Source: an uncultured Saccharospirillaceae bacterium
Lineage (GTDB): Bacteria; Bacteroidota; Bacteroidia; Flavobacteriales_D; CAJJDF01
Direction: 5' to 3'
Assembly: GCA_950054195.1 (NCBI GenBank)
Contig: CATLPG010000002.1
Location: 87,356 to 151,355 of the forward strand
Length of the DNA stretch: 64,000 bases
This document shows positions 39,443 to 50,217 of the stretch, one piece after another. The first letter of the stretch is position 1, and every line of letters starts with the position of its first letter. Made by a program: the position numbers and the translations under genes. The notes beneath the pieces were generated by a model. It searched no databases, was not told the origin of the DNA, and saw only the letters and a list, made by a program, of their open reading frames with translations.

Positions 39443-39648
39443 TTATTTAGGTCTTTACTATTAACAGGTGCCAACTCATGACCAAACATTTGGAGAACTA
39501 AGTTCACCTTTTCCATGTTTAAATTTGTTTTTCCTTGTTCTATTTTGCGTATAACTGTTAGAGCCACTCCAGTTCGCTCAGCAAATTCTTCTTGTGTTAG
39601 ATTTACTTCTTTTCTACGTTCTTTTACAAATGTTGCTAATTGCTTCAT
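39439..39648 (-). CDS. XRE-family HTH protein (HipB-like)
   Basis: 69 aa. NLTQEEFAERTGVALTVIRKIEQGK is a helix-turn-helix. Overlaps the next gene by 4 nt. Confidence 0.8.
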   Translation of the reverse strand: MKQLATFVKERRKEVNLTQEEFAERTGVALTVIRKIEQGKTNLNMEKVNLVLQMFGHELAPVNSKDLNK

Positions 39649-39721
39649 TATATGTGTATAAATATAATTTTAAATAAAAATAAGCAATTTATATGTAGTA
39701 AAATATAAAGTAGTGTTATTG

Positions 39722-39743
39722 TGTAATATTATATCTTATTACA
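39722..39743. promoter_or_regulatory. Candidate operator: inverted repeat TGTAATA-N8-TATTACA upstream of the HTH gene
   Basis: Read directly from the sequence, 74-95 nt upstream of the start at 39648. The half-site spacing (8 nt) equals that of the E. coli hipB operators. Function is inferred only. Confidence 0.3.
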
Positions 39744-39843
39744 TATAGCTTAATATACTGTATAGCTATTAAAAGCATCACAAAATTATTGTAGAGATAA
39801 TGGGTTAGCTTTTAGATTAATAAGCGGTTAGATATCTTTTTCC

Positions 39844-40218
39844 TTACGAATCGTAATTATTTTCAAAATCATCAATAATATTTACTGATGCTTTTTTAAA
39901 CTTATAAACCGTAGGATCTTTAACAGGAAAATTGCCTAAAACATTCATGACTTCAAGACATTCAATTTTATCATTTTCAATATAAAGTATAAGATCTACT
40001 AATAGATCTTTTTCTTCATTACAAGCAAAAAATCCATCTGAAAGAATGATAGAATCTCCATTATTTTTAGGTTCTACAAATGAATAAAAACACCCTATTT
40101 TAGTATATTCTTTTTCAATAAGTTCTAATAATTCAACGTTAGGTAGAAGATTATTATATTCTTCATAATGACCCAATATAAATTTTATTGAGTCCTTTAT
40201 GAATGAAGACATTTTCAT
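39844..40218 (-). CDS. Hypothetical small cytoplasmic protein
   Basis: 124-aa ORF with no signal peptide and no family I recognise. Confidence 0.4.
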   Translation of the reverse strand: MKMSSFIKDSIKFILGHYEEYNNLLPNVELLELIEKEYTKIGCFYSFVEPKNNGDSIILSDGFFACNEEKDLLVDLILYIENDKIECLEVMNVLGNFPVKDPTVYKFKKASVNIIDDFENNYDS

Positions 40219-40250
40219 GTTTTAATTGAATTAATTACAGTATACTGGTA

Positions 40251-41027
40251 TCACTTAAAATCAGCTTTTCTTCTTTCCATAAAAGCAGAAGTTCCTTCTT
40301 TAAAATCATCGGTAGCGAAACAGTTTCCGAACTGCTTAATTTCTTCCTCAAACCCATCTTCACCTTCTTTAAACTGAGCATTTACAGCTTTTATTGCACA
40401 GGATATAGCACTCGATGAATTGTTTTTTATTTTTTTAGCAATTTCAAAACATTTATCCATTAACTCCTCTGGTGCTACACTATAATTTACTAATCCTAAG
40501 CTTAAAGCCTCATCAGCACCAATCATTTGAGCAGTAAAAATAAGTTCGTTTGCTTTTCCTTTACCAACAAGTTGTGGTAAACGTTGTGTACCTCCATAAC
40601 CAGGAATTACTCCTAATGATACTTCTGGTAAGCCCATTTTTGCATTGGTAGATGCGACACGCATATGACAACTCATTGCTAATTCTAAACCTCCACCTAA
40701 GGCAAATCCATTAACAGCTGCGATAATTGGTTTTGAACATTCCTCAACAGCATTAAAAAGCTTGTTATGACCTTCTGCACTAAGTGCTTTTCCTTGATCA
40801 ATGGTAAAACCAGCAAACTCTTTTATATCAGCACCTGCTACAAAAGCTTTATCTCCTGACCCTGTGAGCACGATTACTTTAACATCAGCATTTTCTTGTG
40901 CTTCCTTGATTACCAGTGAAAGTTCACTAATAGTTTCTGTGTTTAAAGCATTTAATTGCTTTGGTCGGTTTATTGTTACTGTTAGTATTTGATCGTGTAC
41001 CTCTAAAAGAATGTTATTATAAGACAT
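40251..41027 (-). CDS. Enoyl-CoA hydratase/isomerase (crotonase family)
   Basis: FVAGADIKEF, NGFALGGGLELAMSC and GLPEVSLGVIPGYGGTQRL. ATG at 41027 is preferred over GTG at 41051. Confidence 0.85.
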   Translation of the reverse strand: MSYNNILLEVHDQILTVTINRPKQLNALNTETISELSLVIKEAQENADVKVIVLTGSGDKAFVAGADIKEFAGFTIDQGKALSAEGHNKLFNAVEECSKPIIAAVNGFALGGGLELAMSCHMRVASTNAKMGLPEVSLGVIPGYGGTQRLPQLVGKGKANELIFTAQMIGADEALSLGLVNYSVAPEELMDKCFEIAKKIKNNSSSAISCAIKAVNAQFKEGEDGFEEEIKQFGNCFATDDFKEGTSAFMERRKADFK

Positions 41028-41166
41028 GTGACTATTTAAATTATTTAACACTAAAATAAAGGTTTAGAATAGCTTTTTTAAGGATTATATAAATAGTTTT
41101 ATCCACACATTAAGTTTTATATTGTGTTTAAGCAAAACATAATTAGCTTTATACATTAAATTTTAG

Positions 41167-42180
41167 TTGAAACAAGCATTCAAAATAGGAATATTCGTTG
41201 GAGTTTTTACATCAGTAATAACCGGTGTAATATTATATATTTTCTCTAGCCTAAATACTACTCAAATTATAAAATTGAGTGCTGTTATCTTGTTTTCGAT
41301 AACATCTATCGTAACATTAGCCTTTTACTATTATTTACAAGCACGGTTTAGAGAAATATACAAGGTCATTAATAAAGCGCTTAGCGATAATCAACAAAGA
41401 GGGGGGATTAATGCGTTTGCTGAAGTAGAAAAAGATGTATTGAACTGGGCAGATAAAAGACAAAATGAATTTGAACGATTAAAAGAAGCAGAAAAATTTA
41501 GAAGAGAGTTTATAGGAAACTTAGCTCACGAATTAAAAACACCGCTTTTTAGCGTTCAAGGATATATTTTGACCTTACTCGAAGGCGGACTAGAAGACGA
41601 AAAAATTAACCGAAAGTTTTTGATGAAAGCTTCTAAGGGAATTGATCGTATGACCAATGTTATTCAAGACATGGATACGATTACACAGATAGAATCTGGA
41701 ACGTTGGATTTAGCTTTAGAGAACTTCAATATTAACCAAGTTGTTGGTAACGTATTTTTTGAATTAGAAGAAAAAGCGTTAGACAAGGGGATAGCGATGG
41801 AACTTCGTAACAATGGAAAGGAGACCATTATGGTACATGCTGATCGATCAAAAGTTACGCAAATACTATACAATTTAATTATTAATTCTATTTACTACGG
41901 AAGCGACAATGGTAAAACAATTGTTGAAATAACACCTAACAAAACAAAAATTTACATAAAAGTAATTGATAACGGACCTGGAATAGAACCTCAACACTTA
42001 AGTCGTTTATTTGAACGTTTTTACCGAGTAGAAAAAAGTAGGGTTAGAAATAAAGGTGGCTCAGGAATTGGGTTGGCCATTGTAAAACACATTGTTGAGG
42101 GACATAAACAAACCATAAAAGTAGAAAGTGTAGTAGGAAAAGGAACTACCTTTACCTTTACGCTCCCTAAAAAACTATAA
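41167..42180 (+). CDS. Sensor histidine kinase (PhoR-like architecture)
   Basis: Two N-terminal TM segments. H-box FIGNLAHELKTPLFSV. GSGIGLAIVKHIVEGH. TTG start. No adjacent response regulator. Confidence 0.8.
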   Translation: MKQAFKIGIFVGVFTSVITGVILYIFSSLNTTQIIKLSAVILFSITSIVTLAFYYYLQARFREIYKVINKALSDNQQRGGINAFAEVEKDVLNWADKRQNEFERLKEAEKFRREFIGNLAHELKTPLFSVQGYILTLLEGGLEDEKINRKFLMKASKGIDRMTNVIQDMDTITQIESGTLDLALENFNINQVVGNVFFELEEKALDKGIAMELRNNGKETIMVHADRSKVTQILYNLIINSIYYGSDNGKTIVEITPNKTKIYIKVIDNGPGIEPQHLSRLFERFYRVEKSRVRNKGGSGIGLAIVKHIVEGHKQTIKVESVVGKGTTFTFTLPKKL

Positions 42181-42645
42181 GCCAAGGTCTTTTTGTTGCG
42201 CCTCATAGCCTTCATCAACTAGCAAGTCTTTTTGATTAGCTGCTTGTACGGCTAATTGATCACATACCTCATTATACTTGTTACCTGCATGGCCTTTAAC
42301 CCATGTAAATGAGACGTTATGTTTTGGGTATATAGCTAAAAAGCGTTGCCAAAGATCAACATTTTTTTTACCTTTAAAACCTTTCTTTTGCCATCCAAAT
42401 ACCCATTTCTTTTCAACAGCATCCACCACATACTTACTATCAGAAAAAACAGAAACATTAGCGCTTGGAACTTTTATCATTTCTAATGCAACAATAACAC
42501 TTAGCAACTCCATACGGTTGTTAGTTGTTAATCGATACCCTTGAGAAACTTCTTTGTAGTGCTTACCAGCTAGTAAAACAATACCGTACCCTCCTGGTCC
42601 AGGGTTACCTAATGCAGAACCATCTGTATATACTGTAATGTTCAT
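42175..42645 (-). CDS. rnhA: Ribonuclease HI
   Basis: TDGSALGNPGPGGYG, NNRMEL, SDSKYV and GHAGNKYNEVCDQLA. Confidence 0.9.
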   Translation of the reverse strand: MNITVYTDGSALGNPGPGGYGIVLLAGKHYKEVSQGYRLTTNNRMELLSVIVALEMIKVPSANVSVFSDSKYVVDAVEKKWVFGWQKKGFKGKKNVDLWQRFLAIYPKHNVSFTWVKGHAGNKYNEVCDQLAVQAANQKDLLVDEGYEAQQKDLGL

Positions 42646-43211
42646 GATTTTAAACTAAGCTGGTGAATAATTTTAGGAAAATGTTCTTTTTCCAACTGAT
42701 GGATTTTTTGAGTGAGTGACTCTGCTGTTTCAGCTTCATCTAACATACAGGAAAATTGAGCAATGATATTACCTTCATCATAGTTTTCATTTACATAATG
42801 AATAGTAATTCCAGATTCCTTTTCTTCATTGGCAATAACTGCTTCATGCACATGTTTTCCATACATTCCTTTACCTCCATACCTAGGAAGCAAAGAAGGA
42901 TGAATATTTACGATTTTATTCGCGTATCTTTTTGTTATATCTGCTGGCATTTTAAGTAGAAAACCTGCTAAAACAATTAAAGTAGGGTTATCTGCTATTA
43001 GTTCACTTTCTACCCTTCCACCCCTTAAATCATCTTTGGTAAATGTAAACACGGGTAAACGAAGGTTTTTAGCTCTAGGAATAGCTCCACAATTGCTTTT
43101 GTTAGAATAAACTTTAAATGATGTATTGCTGTTAATTGATTGGAAATAAGTGACAATATTTTCCATATTGCTGCCATTTCCCGAAACAAATATGATTATT
43201 TTATTTTCCAT
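42642..43211 (-). CDS. purN: Phosphoribosylglycinamide formyltransferase
   Basis: SGNGSN, NIHPSLLPRYGG and SGITIHYV motifs. Confidence 0.85.
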   Translation of the reverse strand: MENKIIIFVSGNGSNMENIVTYFQSINSNTSFKVYSNKSNCGAIPRAKNLRLPVFTFTKDDLRGGRVESELIADNPTLIVLAGFLLKMPADITKRYANKIVNIHPSLLPRYGGKGMYGKHVHEAVIANEEKESGITIHYVNENYDEGNIIAQFSCMLDEAETAESLTQKIHQLEKEHFPKIIHQLSLKS

Positions 43212-43258
43212 TGATTACCTTCGCGAAGGTATAAATTTGAAGCAAAATAACACGAGCC

Positions 43259-44260
43259 ATGCGAATAAAACGTATCACAGGTGTACTTATAATCATATTA
43301 TCTTCGCACGTTGGTATTTCTCAATTTTTTGATTTTAACCTATTTAAGCCAAGTGTAAATGCTACTGCTCAGCAGCTATTTTATAATGGCTACGACAGTA
43401 CCTCTTTAGGAGTAAGCGATGTTCAAGTATCTACATTAATACCTATTCGAAAGAAATTTGATGTTGACATCGATTTTAGTAATGTGTTCAAATCAAAAGG
43501 GATTAAGAGTGCGTTTAAAAACATGGTTAAGCCTAAGTTTACACAAACCTTTGCAAGGTTTGGTGCTGGCTATCGTATATTAGAATCAAATACGTTTAAT
43601 GGTCCGCAAGAATTATATAATTTTTCTGCTGGAATAACTGGTATTCGACTGCAAATGAGGGAGCTAAAATTTAGGTTTTTGTTCTATTCGGTTAATGTAA
43701 GACTTCAGGAACAATTAGGTAAATATGGGGGGATTTCACCATCAGTGTCTGGTTTAATTGGATCAGCCCGAATTATCGATTTTCGAACAGGGTTGTTTTA
43801 CGGTGCTTATGGAAATTACTTTGGAGGACGATTTTTTCCTGCTCCAGTTATTGTTTTGTATCATAAATTAAGTAGAAAATCTTCTTTCTTGTTGGCTTTT
43901 CCGTATCAGGTGCAGTACTCATTTGATGCAGCAAAAGTTAGGCAAAGCTTTACTGCATCAGTAAATGGATTATCTACGGGAATACACAACGATTCCATAT
44001 TGCCACAAGTACCCGATGATCGTTTAAATTTTGCACAAGGAAGTTTTCGATTTAGTACGCAATCGCGTTTTAAATTAGCAAAAAAAACATTTTTATATTT
44101 AGAAGCTGGTTGGCAAGATTTTAATCGTGCTCAGTATTTTAAAGGGTATGAGGTTATTAATAGTTATTCCTTTTTAGGTAATGTTTTTATTAAAGCAAGA
44201 CTAACATTGGTTTTTAGTAGAAGCTTATTTAACTCCTCTGTTTTTGATATTGACTTATAA
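43259..44260 (+). CDS. Secreted hypothetical protein, possibly an outer-membrane beta-barrel
   Basis: Signal peptide ...LSSHVGISQ. Composition is rich in alternating aromatic/Gly beta-strand-like segments. Confidence 0.5.
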   Translation: MRIKRITGVLIIILSSHVGISQFFDFNLFKPSVNATAQQLFYNGYDSTSLGVSDVQVSTLIPIRKKFDVDIDFSNVFKSKGIKSAFKNMVKPKFTQTFARFGAGYRILESNTFNGPQELYNFSAGITGIRLQMRELKFRFLFYSVNVRLQEQLGKYGGISPSVSGLIGSARIIDFRTGLFYGAYGNYFGGRFFPAPVIVLYHKLSRKSSFLLAFPYQVQYSFDAAKVRQSFTASVNGLSTGIHNDSILPQVPDDRLNFAQGSFRFSTQSRFKLAKKTFLYLEAGWQDFNRAQYFKGYEVINSYSFLGNVFIKARLTLVFSRSLFNSSVFDIDL

Positions 44261-44270
44261 ATATTTCACA

Positions 44271-45671
44271 ATGAAAAATATACTTCTTTTATTAGCACTT
44301 GTTGGTGAGTTTGCGTATGGCCAATCTTCGTATAAAGAAAATCAAAGAAAATTAGATTTAAACCACACGGGTATTGGTTTTGAACTTGTTCGACCTAATT
44401 TTGGATCTCGCATTATGACTGAACAACGCTGGTTTGGTTTTAATTTTTTAGCGGATGTGCTAGATGCTCGATTTTCGTTTGGGGAAGTTTTACTAAGTGA
44501 GCCTGTACTAGGATTTACTGACGGAAAACCAGCTCCCGTTTATGCTAATAGATATACTTATGGAGCTAATTATTATATAGGTGCATTATTTCCTATTAGT
44601 GGTTTACGAGTAGGTAATCAAGTAAGCTCTTTAAATGTTAAAAGAATACATCCTGTATTAGGAATTGGGTTTGGCGGAACTACGTTTAAACAAAAAAGTA
44701 ATCAAAATATTAAGGACGCTTTTTATTATTTAGGAGTAAATGTTGGTGCTCGATTGAGACTGCCAATTATAACTATTGAGCCAAATATTAGTTTTAATGT
44801 TGGTATCCATACTGGAGATAATTACGATGCTTTTAAATGGTATTCTATTATGCCTAGTTTAATTTTTAGGTTTGAGGGAAGAAAACAATACCTAGACCCT
44901 AGTTTAGTAACTGTTGGGATGCAACAAGTTTCGGTTTCCAATTACAGGTCTAAAAGCTATGAAAGCACTTACTACAGAAGTGACGGTACAAGAATGAAAA
45001 GAACAACCACCTACTCTAGTGCAGATGTTAAAGTTACGCCAGGTTCTGTTGGTATACAGGATATTGGACCATTTGCAGGAGTTGGGCTAAAGTATAGCAT
45101 GAATGGTATACGAAAAACCGATTATTTACCAAGGGGGCAAATGTTTGGTGGTGTTTTACATATTAAAGGAGGTCCTTTATACACTGGTTTTACGATGGAG
45201 GGAGGAAGAATTGGTCATGGTAGTGAAATTGATAATTCAAAATCGTGGTTTAAAAAAGTTGAAAATAATGAGGATTATGCTCCCGGAACGTATAATAACT
45301 TTCAAACCTTTTTTGATATTGGTATGGATATTTCTCCTGCATTATTATCTGTATTAGGTATGGTAAGAGAAGAAACTAGCGCCACCAGTTATAGCTCGGT
45401 TATTGCAGGGTATTCTTTTGGTTATGCAGCTGTTTTTAACCAGCAATTTGATAATGAAACAACAGCATTAAATGAATTAGACAGAATTAATGAACTTACT
45501 AAGTATAACGATCCTAGGCTAGGGAAAGGAGGCTTTATGGGTGGTTGGTTTTTAGGTATAGAGATTGGAGTACTATCATTTAAAGCACAAGCATACAAGT
45601 ATAGAAATGCTCCTTTAGCTAACAATACATTTTATTCATTAGCATACAGAATACCGATTACTGGTAGGTAA
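44271..45671 (+). CDS. Secreted hypothetical protein, possibly an outer-membrane beta-barrel
   Basis: The internal start gives MKNILLLLALVGEFAYGQ, a signal peptide. Gly/aromatic-rich. Confidence 0.5.
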   Translation: MKNILLLLALVGEFAYGQSSYKENQRKLDLNHTGIGFELVRPNFGSRIMTEQRWFGFNFLADVLDARFSFGEVLLSEPVLGFTDGKPAPVYANRYTYGANYYIGALFPISGLRVGNQVSSLNVKRIHPVLGIGFGGTTFKQKSNQNIKDAFYYLGVNVGARLRLPIITIEPNISFNVGIHTGDNYDAFKWYSIMPSLIFRFEGRKQYLDPSLVTVGMQQVSVSNYRSKSYESTYYRSDGTRMKRTTTYSSADVKVTPGSVGIQDIGPFAGVGLKYSMNGIRKTDYLPRGQMFGGVLHIKGGPLYTGFTMEGGRIGHGSEIDNSKSWFKKVENNEDYAPGTYNNFQTFFDIGMDISPALLSVLGMVREETSATSYSSVIAGYSFGYAAVFNQQFDNETTALNELDRINELTKYNDPRLGKGGFMGGWFLGIEIGVLSFKAQAYKYRNAPLANNTFYSLAYRIPITGR

Positions 45672-45694
45672 GCATAATTATCAGATATAAAGAA

Positions 45695-45725
45695 AGGCAC
45701 TAAATGTTTATTTAGTGCCTTTTTC
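45695..45725. terminator. Bidirectional terminator hairpin between convergent genes
   Basis: AGGCACTAAA (45695-45704) pairs with TTTAGTGCCT (45711-45720). T-runs follow on both strands. Confidence 0.75.
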
Positions 45726-45745
45726 ATTGTATTATTTTTTTGCTG

Positions 45746-47044
45746 TTAATCTACTACGTTAAGTAAGTAATAATTCTTTTTTCCTTTTTGTAAAAGAATG
45801 AATTTATCTGAGATTAAATCATCGGTGTTTAACTCTTTTTCCTCACCTACTTTTTGCTTATTTACACTAATTGCGTTTTGCTTAAGTTCTCTTCGCGCTT
45901 CTCCGTTTGATTTTAAGAACCCTCCTTTATCCACCAAGGCTTCTATAATTGATAAACCATTAGATATTTCACTTTTAGAAACTTCTGCCTGTGGAACACC
46001 CTCAAAAACATCTAAAATGAGTCTTTCATTCATTGCTTTTAAGCCAGCAAGAGCTTCTTCTCCTTTTTTAAATAGTACTTCACTTGCAATAATTGCATTA
46101 TCTAAATCTTCTTTGGAGTGAACCATAACAGTTAATTCTTCTGCTAAGGTTTTTTGTAGTTTTCTTAAATGGGGTTCTTCTTGATGCTCTTTAATTAACG
46201 TTTCAATGGTTTTTTGATCCAATAAGGTAAATATCTTTATATATTTAGCTGCATCTTCATCGCTGGTATTTAACCAAAACTGGTAAAATTTATAGGGTGA
46301 AGTTTTTTCGGGATCTAACCAAACATTTCCACTTTCTGTTTTCCCGAATTTGCTTCCATCAGCTTTAGTAATTAACGGACAAGTAACTGCGAAAGCTTTT
46401 CCTTGATCGATTCTACGAATCATTTCGGTACCAGTAGTAATATTACCCCATTGGTCGCTACCTCCCATTTGGATGGTGCAGTTTTTATCTCTGTAGAGTT
46501 GTAAAAAGTCGAACCCCTGAACAAGCTGGTAAGTAAACTCTGTAAAGCTCATACCATCAGCAGATTCGCTTGATAAACGCTTTTTAACAGAATCCTTTGC
46601 CATCATGTAGTTAACGGTAATGTGCTTACCAACATCACGAATAAAATCAAGAAATGAGAAGCTTTTCATCCAATCATAATTATTCACTAATTCCGCTACG
46701 TTTGGTTCATTAGAATCGAAATCTAAAAATCGCTTCAATTGGTTTTTTATCCCTTCTTGATTTTTACGAAGCGTTTCTTCATCTAATAAATTACGTTCGT
46801 TTGATTTTCCTGAAGGATCACCAATCATTCCTGTTGCACCACCAACCAAAGCAATTGGTTTATGACCTGCAACTTGCATATGCTTAAGCATCATAATACT
46901 CACTAGGTGACCAATATGCAAAGAATCAGCCGTTGGATCAACCCCAACATAACCAGCTCTCATAGCTTCGTTTAAGTGCTCTTCTACGCCTGGCATGCTA
47001 TCATGAATCATGCCTCTCCATGTTAATTCTTTTATTAAACTCAT
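45746..47044 (-). CDS. tyrS: Tyrosine-tRNA ligase
   Basis: HIGH motif (DSLHIGHL), KMSKS-like KFGKT, and a C-terminal S4-like domain. Confidence 0.9.
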   Translation of the reverse strand: MSLIKELTWRGMIHDSMPGVEEHLNEAMRAGYVGVDPTADSLHIGHLVSIMMLKHMQVAGHKPIALVGGATGMIGDPSGKSNERNLLDEETLRKNQEGIKNQLKRFLDFDSNEPNVAELVNNYDWMKSFSFLDFIRDVGKHITVNYMMAKDSVKKRLSSESADGMSFTEFTYQLVQGFDFLQLYRDKNCTIQMGGSDQWGNITTGTEMIRRIDQGKAFAVTCPLITKADGSKFGKTESGNVWLDPEKTSPYKFYQFWLNTSDEDAAKYIKIFTLLDQKTIETLIKEHQEEPHLRKLQKTLAEELTVMVHSKEDLDNAIIASEVLFKKGEEALAGLKAMNERLILDVFEGVPQAEVSKSEISNGLSIIEALVDKGGFLKSNGEARRELKQNAISVNKQKVGEEKELNTDDLISDKFILLQKGKKNYYLLNVVD

Positions 47045-47166
47045 TGTGTTGTTTGATCTAGATTACAAAAATAGAAAGATATGTAAAGGAAAAAGTGTTT
47101 TTTTCAAAAACTACATGTAACCAAATGATAAAGTTTCGTTCTTAATAATAAATAAGAAGTAAAAAT

Positions 47167-47934
47167 ATGATGGAAAAAACACTCATTCGGTTATTGGTAT
47201 TAATGATTTTCAGTTTACATGCTTTTAGTCAACCTCCTGGTACAGTTGAGTTATATAAAAATTTTTATGTTGATGAAACAGAAGTTACCAATCAGCATTG
47301 GAAAGATTATCAAACCTGGACGCTTAATCACTTAGGAGATACAAGTGAAGAATATAAGTTAACCATAGTCAAACAAGATGTTTGGAAAGAAACCCTAAAT
47401 AGACCTTTTGAAAAAGAGTATTATAAAAATATTGCTTTTCGAGATTATCCCGTGGTTGGTATTTCTTATGAGCAAGCTATTGCTTACTGTAAATGGAGGA
47501 CTGATCGTGTAAACGAATATATACACATACAAAGCTCAAAAGAACTCAGGAAAAATTATGATAGTGACTCTATTTATAAAGCTCCTATTGTTTATACTTA
47601 TCGTTTACCATCAAAAGAAGAGTTTATTAGGTACTCAGTACCTAGCTATACTAAAAAAAATAAAAAAGCACGGAAAAAACAGGATATTAAACTTGGAAAT
47701 TTTGGTGCTAAAGAGGGTTATACAACTGCTCCTGTAATATCTTATTTCCCAAATATTTTTGGTATTTATAATTCTTTAGGAAATGTTAATGAACTAATTA
47801 ATGAAAAAGGCATTGCCTTAGGAGGAAGTTATTTAACAAAATCTATAGACTTAAATAAAATTGAGCAGATAGAGTATGATAAACCATCAAGTACAATTGG
47901 CTTTAGATGTGTGGCAGAAAAGATTAATAAATAG
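47167..47934 (+). CDS. SUMF1/FGE-family domain protein (GldJ/GldK-like fold)
   Basis: Signal peptide. YPVVGISYEQAIAYCKWRTDR and GNVNELI...GGSY...GFRCV are typical of the formylglycine-generating enzyme fold. Confidence 0.65.
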   Translation: MMEKTLIRLLVLMIFSLHAFSQPPGTVELYKNFYVDETEVTNQHWKDYQTWTLNHLGDTSEEYKLTIVKQDVWKETLNRPFEKEYYKNIAFRDYPVVGISYEQAIAYCKWRTDRVNEYIHIQSSKELRKNYDSDSIYKAPIVYTYRLPSKEEFIRYSVPSYTKKNKKARKKQDIKLGNFGAKEGYTTAPVISYFPNIFGIYNSLGNVNELINEKGIALGGSYLTKSIDLNKIEQIEYDKPSSTIGFRCVAEKINK

Positions 47935-47945
47935 ACTTATTATAT

Positions 47946-48938
47946 CTAATACTCAAACTGGAAAGTATTAATATAATCTTCAAATATTGGTTTATATATA
48001 CTATATTTTCCTTTATCCGAAGAAGCATTAAAAACAAACCCTTTTCCTTTATAAACTGTAAAGTATACAAGTACTATTGCCTCAACATCATCTGCTGAAT
48101 GAGTGTAAGTAATTGTTTTAAATAAGTGATCGTTAATGGTTACTTCTTTGGGTTTGCTAATTAATTGAAAATTTGTAATGTATTGATTAATTCCTTTCAT
48201 ATTTCCTTCATAGTATTCCTCTAAGGATAGGTTACCTATAGGCTCAGAAACTATATTTATATTTTCTTGAAAATCAACTTTTCCATCAATAGTTATTTCT
48301 TCAGGACTAAGAAAAAAGACAGGTATATTTTCTACTCCTTCTTTTATTTCCCAGTTTGCTTTATTTACTATTGATATTCCTAATAGGCTGTTATAATATC
48401 TTTTGCTATCCGTTTGGTTAAATGTAATGGAGTGAATAATTGCTTCTAGCTGTTTTTGGTAATAACTAAAATCTTTCTTTTTGGCTACTGCATTAATAGA
48501 GTATCCAATATTTCCTTTAACACCATTGTACATAATAAATGAAAGGGTATCATCTTTTGGTTTATGATTAAATATTGTTTTTTTAAAAAGTACTCCGTCT
48601 ATGGTATCTGTAGATGCATGCGTCATGCTAACTACTCCCATTTGATTGTGTAAAGCATTAAATTCTAAATTATTAAAAGAAATATATGTTTCATTAGCAG
48701 CAAATTTGCTTTGAATGGATATACTCTCAATAAAATCATCTCCTTTTTTTTGTGGTCGCATAATAATTAAAGGTACTCCATAAGCATCTTCTTTAACCTC
48801 CCATTGGTAATCATTAAGGGAAAGTTTTAATCGATCAATGGTATGATCTTTTCCTTTTTTTGGTTCAAAAAAATTGGCAGAAGGGTTGTTACATCCAACT
48901 GCCAATAGGATCCCTATAAAGGGAAATATTAATCGCAT
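47946..48938 (-). CDS. Lipoprotein with two tandem PsbP/DcrB-like halves (hypothetical)
   Basis: Signal ends LLAVGC. The two halves of about 150 aa share a similar layout. The family assignment is tentative. Confidence 0.45.
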   Translation of the reverse strand: MRLIFPFIGILLAVGCNNPSANFFEPKKGKDHTIDRLKLSLNDYQWEVKEDAYGVPLIIMRPQKKGDDFIESISIQSKFAANETYISFNNLEFNALHNQMGVVSMTHASTDTIDGVLFKKTIFNHKPKDDTLSFIMYNGVKGNIGYSINAVAKKKDFSYYQKQLEAIIHSITFNQTDSKRYYNSLLGISIVNKANWEIKEGVENIPVFFLSPEEITIDGKVDFQENINIVSEPIGNLSLEEYYEGNMKGINQYITNFQLISKPKEVTINDHLFKTITYTHSADDVEAIVLVYFTVYKGKGFVFNASSDKGKYSIYKPIFEDYINTFQFEY

Positions 48939-48942
48939 AGTT

Positions 48943-50217
48943 TTATAAATTAAATGCAGCTTTTACTTTATCTACGTGGTCTAGTTTTTCCCAAGTAAAC
49001 GTTTCAACCTCTAATGTTTTGGTTTCACCTGCTGGTGAGGTAAATGTTACTTTTTTAATTTCTGGCGTTCTTCCCATATGTCCGTAAGCAGCTGTATCAG
49101 AATAGATAGGTGTTCTTAACTTTAATCGTTGCTCGATAAAGTATGGACGCATATCAAAAATTTCTTCTACTTTTCTGCTAATTTCACCATCCGTTAAGTT
49201 AACATTAGCAGTGCCATGGGTATTTACATTAATGCTTGTTGGTTTTGCAACACCAATTGCGTAAGAAACTTGAACCAATACTTCTTTACATAAACCAGCT
49301 GCTACTAGGTTTTTAGCAATATGACGAGTAGCATAAGCTGCCGAACGATCCACTTTTGAAGGATCTTTTCCAGAGAATGCTCCACCACCGTGAGCTCCTT
49401 TTCCTCCGTAGGTATCCACAATAATTTTACGACCTGTTAATCCTGTATCACCATGTGGTCCACCAATTACAAATGTTCCGGTTGGGTTAATATGATAAGT
49501 AATTTGATCATTAAACAATGCTTGAATGCTTGCGTTTAATTTAGCTTTTACTCGAGGAATTAAAATGTTTAACACATCTTTTTTTATTTGCTCTAGCATA
49601 GCGTCATCGTCTGCTTGCTTGTTTCCTGTGTTAATGAAATCATCGTGCTGTGTGGAAACAACAATAGCTTCAATTCGTTGAGGTACGTTATCATCAGAAT
49701 ACTCAATAGTTACTTGAGCTTTTGCATCTGGACGTAGATAAGTGATTTCCTTATTCTCTCTTCTTAGCTCTGCTAGTTCTTTAAGTAATAAGTGAGAAAT
49801 CTCTAACGCTAAAGGCATATAGCTTTCTGTTTCATCCGTTGCGTATCCAAACATCATTCCTTGGTCACCAGCTCCTTGATCCTCTTTGCTAGATCTATCT
49901 ACTCCTTGATTTATATCTGGAGATTGTTCGTGGATAGCAGAGAAAACTCCACATGAATTTCCATCGAACATATATTCACTTTTTGTATAACCAATTTTAT
50001 TAATTACATCACGTGCAATTTTTTGAACATCCAAGTATGTGTTAGAATTTACCTCACCTGCTAGAACTACTTGACCAGTTGTAACTAGGGTTTCACATGC
50101 CACTTTTGAATCAGGATCAAACGCTAAAAAGTTATCAATTAGCGCATCTGATATTTGATCAGCTACTTTATCTGGGTGTCCTTCCGATACGGATTCAGAA
50201 GTAAATAAATATGACAT
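48943..50217 (-). CDS. metK: S-adenosylmethionine synthase
   Basis: [23 protein letters not shown] and [16 protein letters not shown]. Confidence 0.92.
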   Translation of the reverse strand: MSYLFTSESVSEGHPDKVADQISDALIDNFLAFDPDSKVACETLVTTGQVVLAGEVNSNTYLDVQKIARDVINKIGYTKSEYMFDGNSCGVFSAIHEQSPDINQGVDRSSKEDQGAGDQGMMFGYATDETESYMPLALEISHLLLKELAELRRENKEITYLRPDAKAQVTIEYSDDNVPQRIEAIVVSTQHDDFINTGNKQADDDAMLEQIKKDVLNILIPRVKAKLNASIQALFNDQITYHINPTGTFVIGGPHGDTGLTGRKIIVDTYGGKGAHGGGAFSGKDPSKVDRSAAYATRHIAKNLVAAGLCKEVLVQVSYAIGVAKPTSINVNTHGTANVNLTDGEISRKVEEIFDMRPYFIEQRLKLRTPIYSDTAAYGHMGRTPEIKKVTFTSPAGETKTLEVETFTWEKLDHVDKVKAAFNL

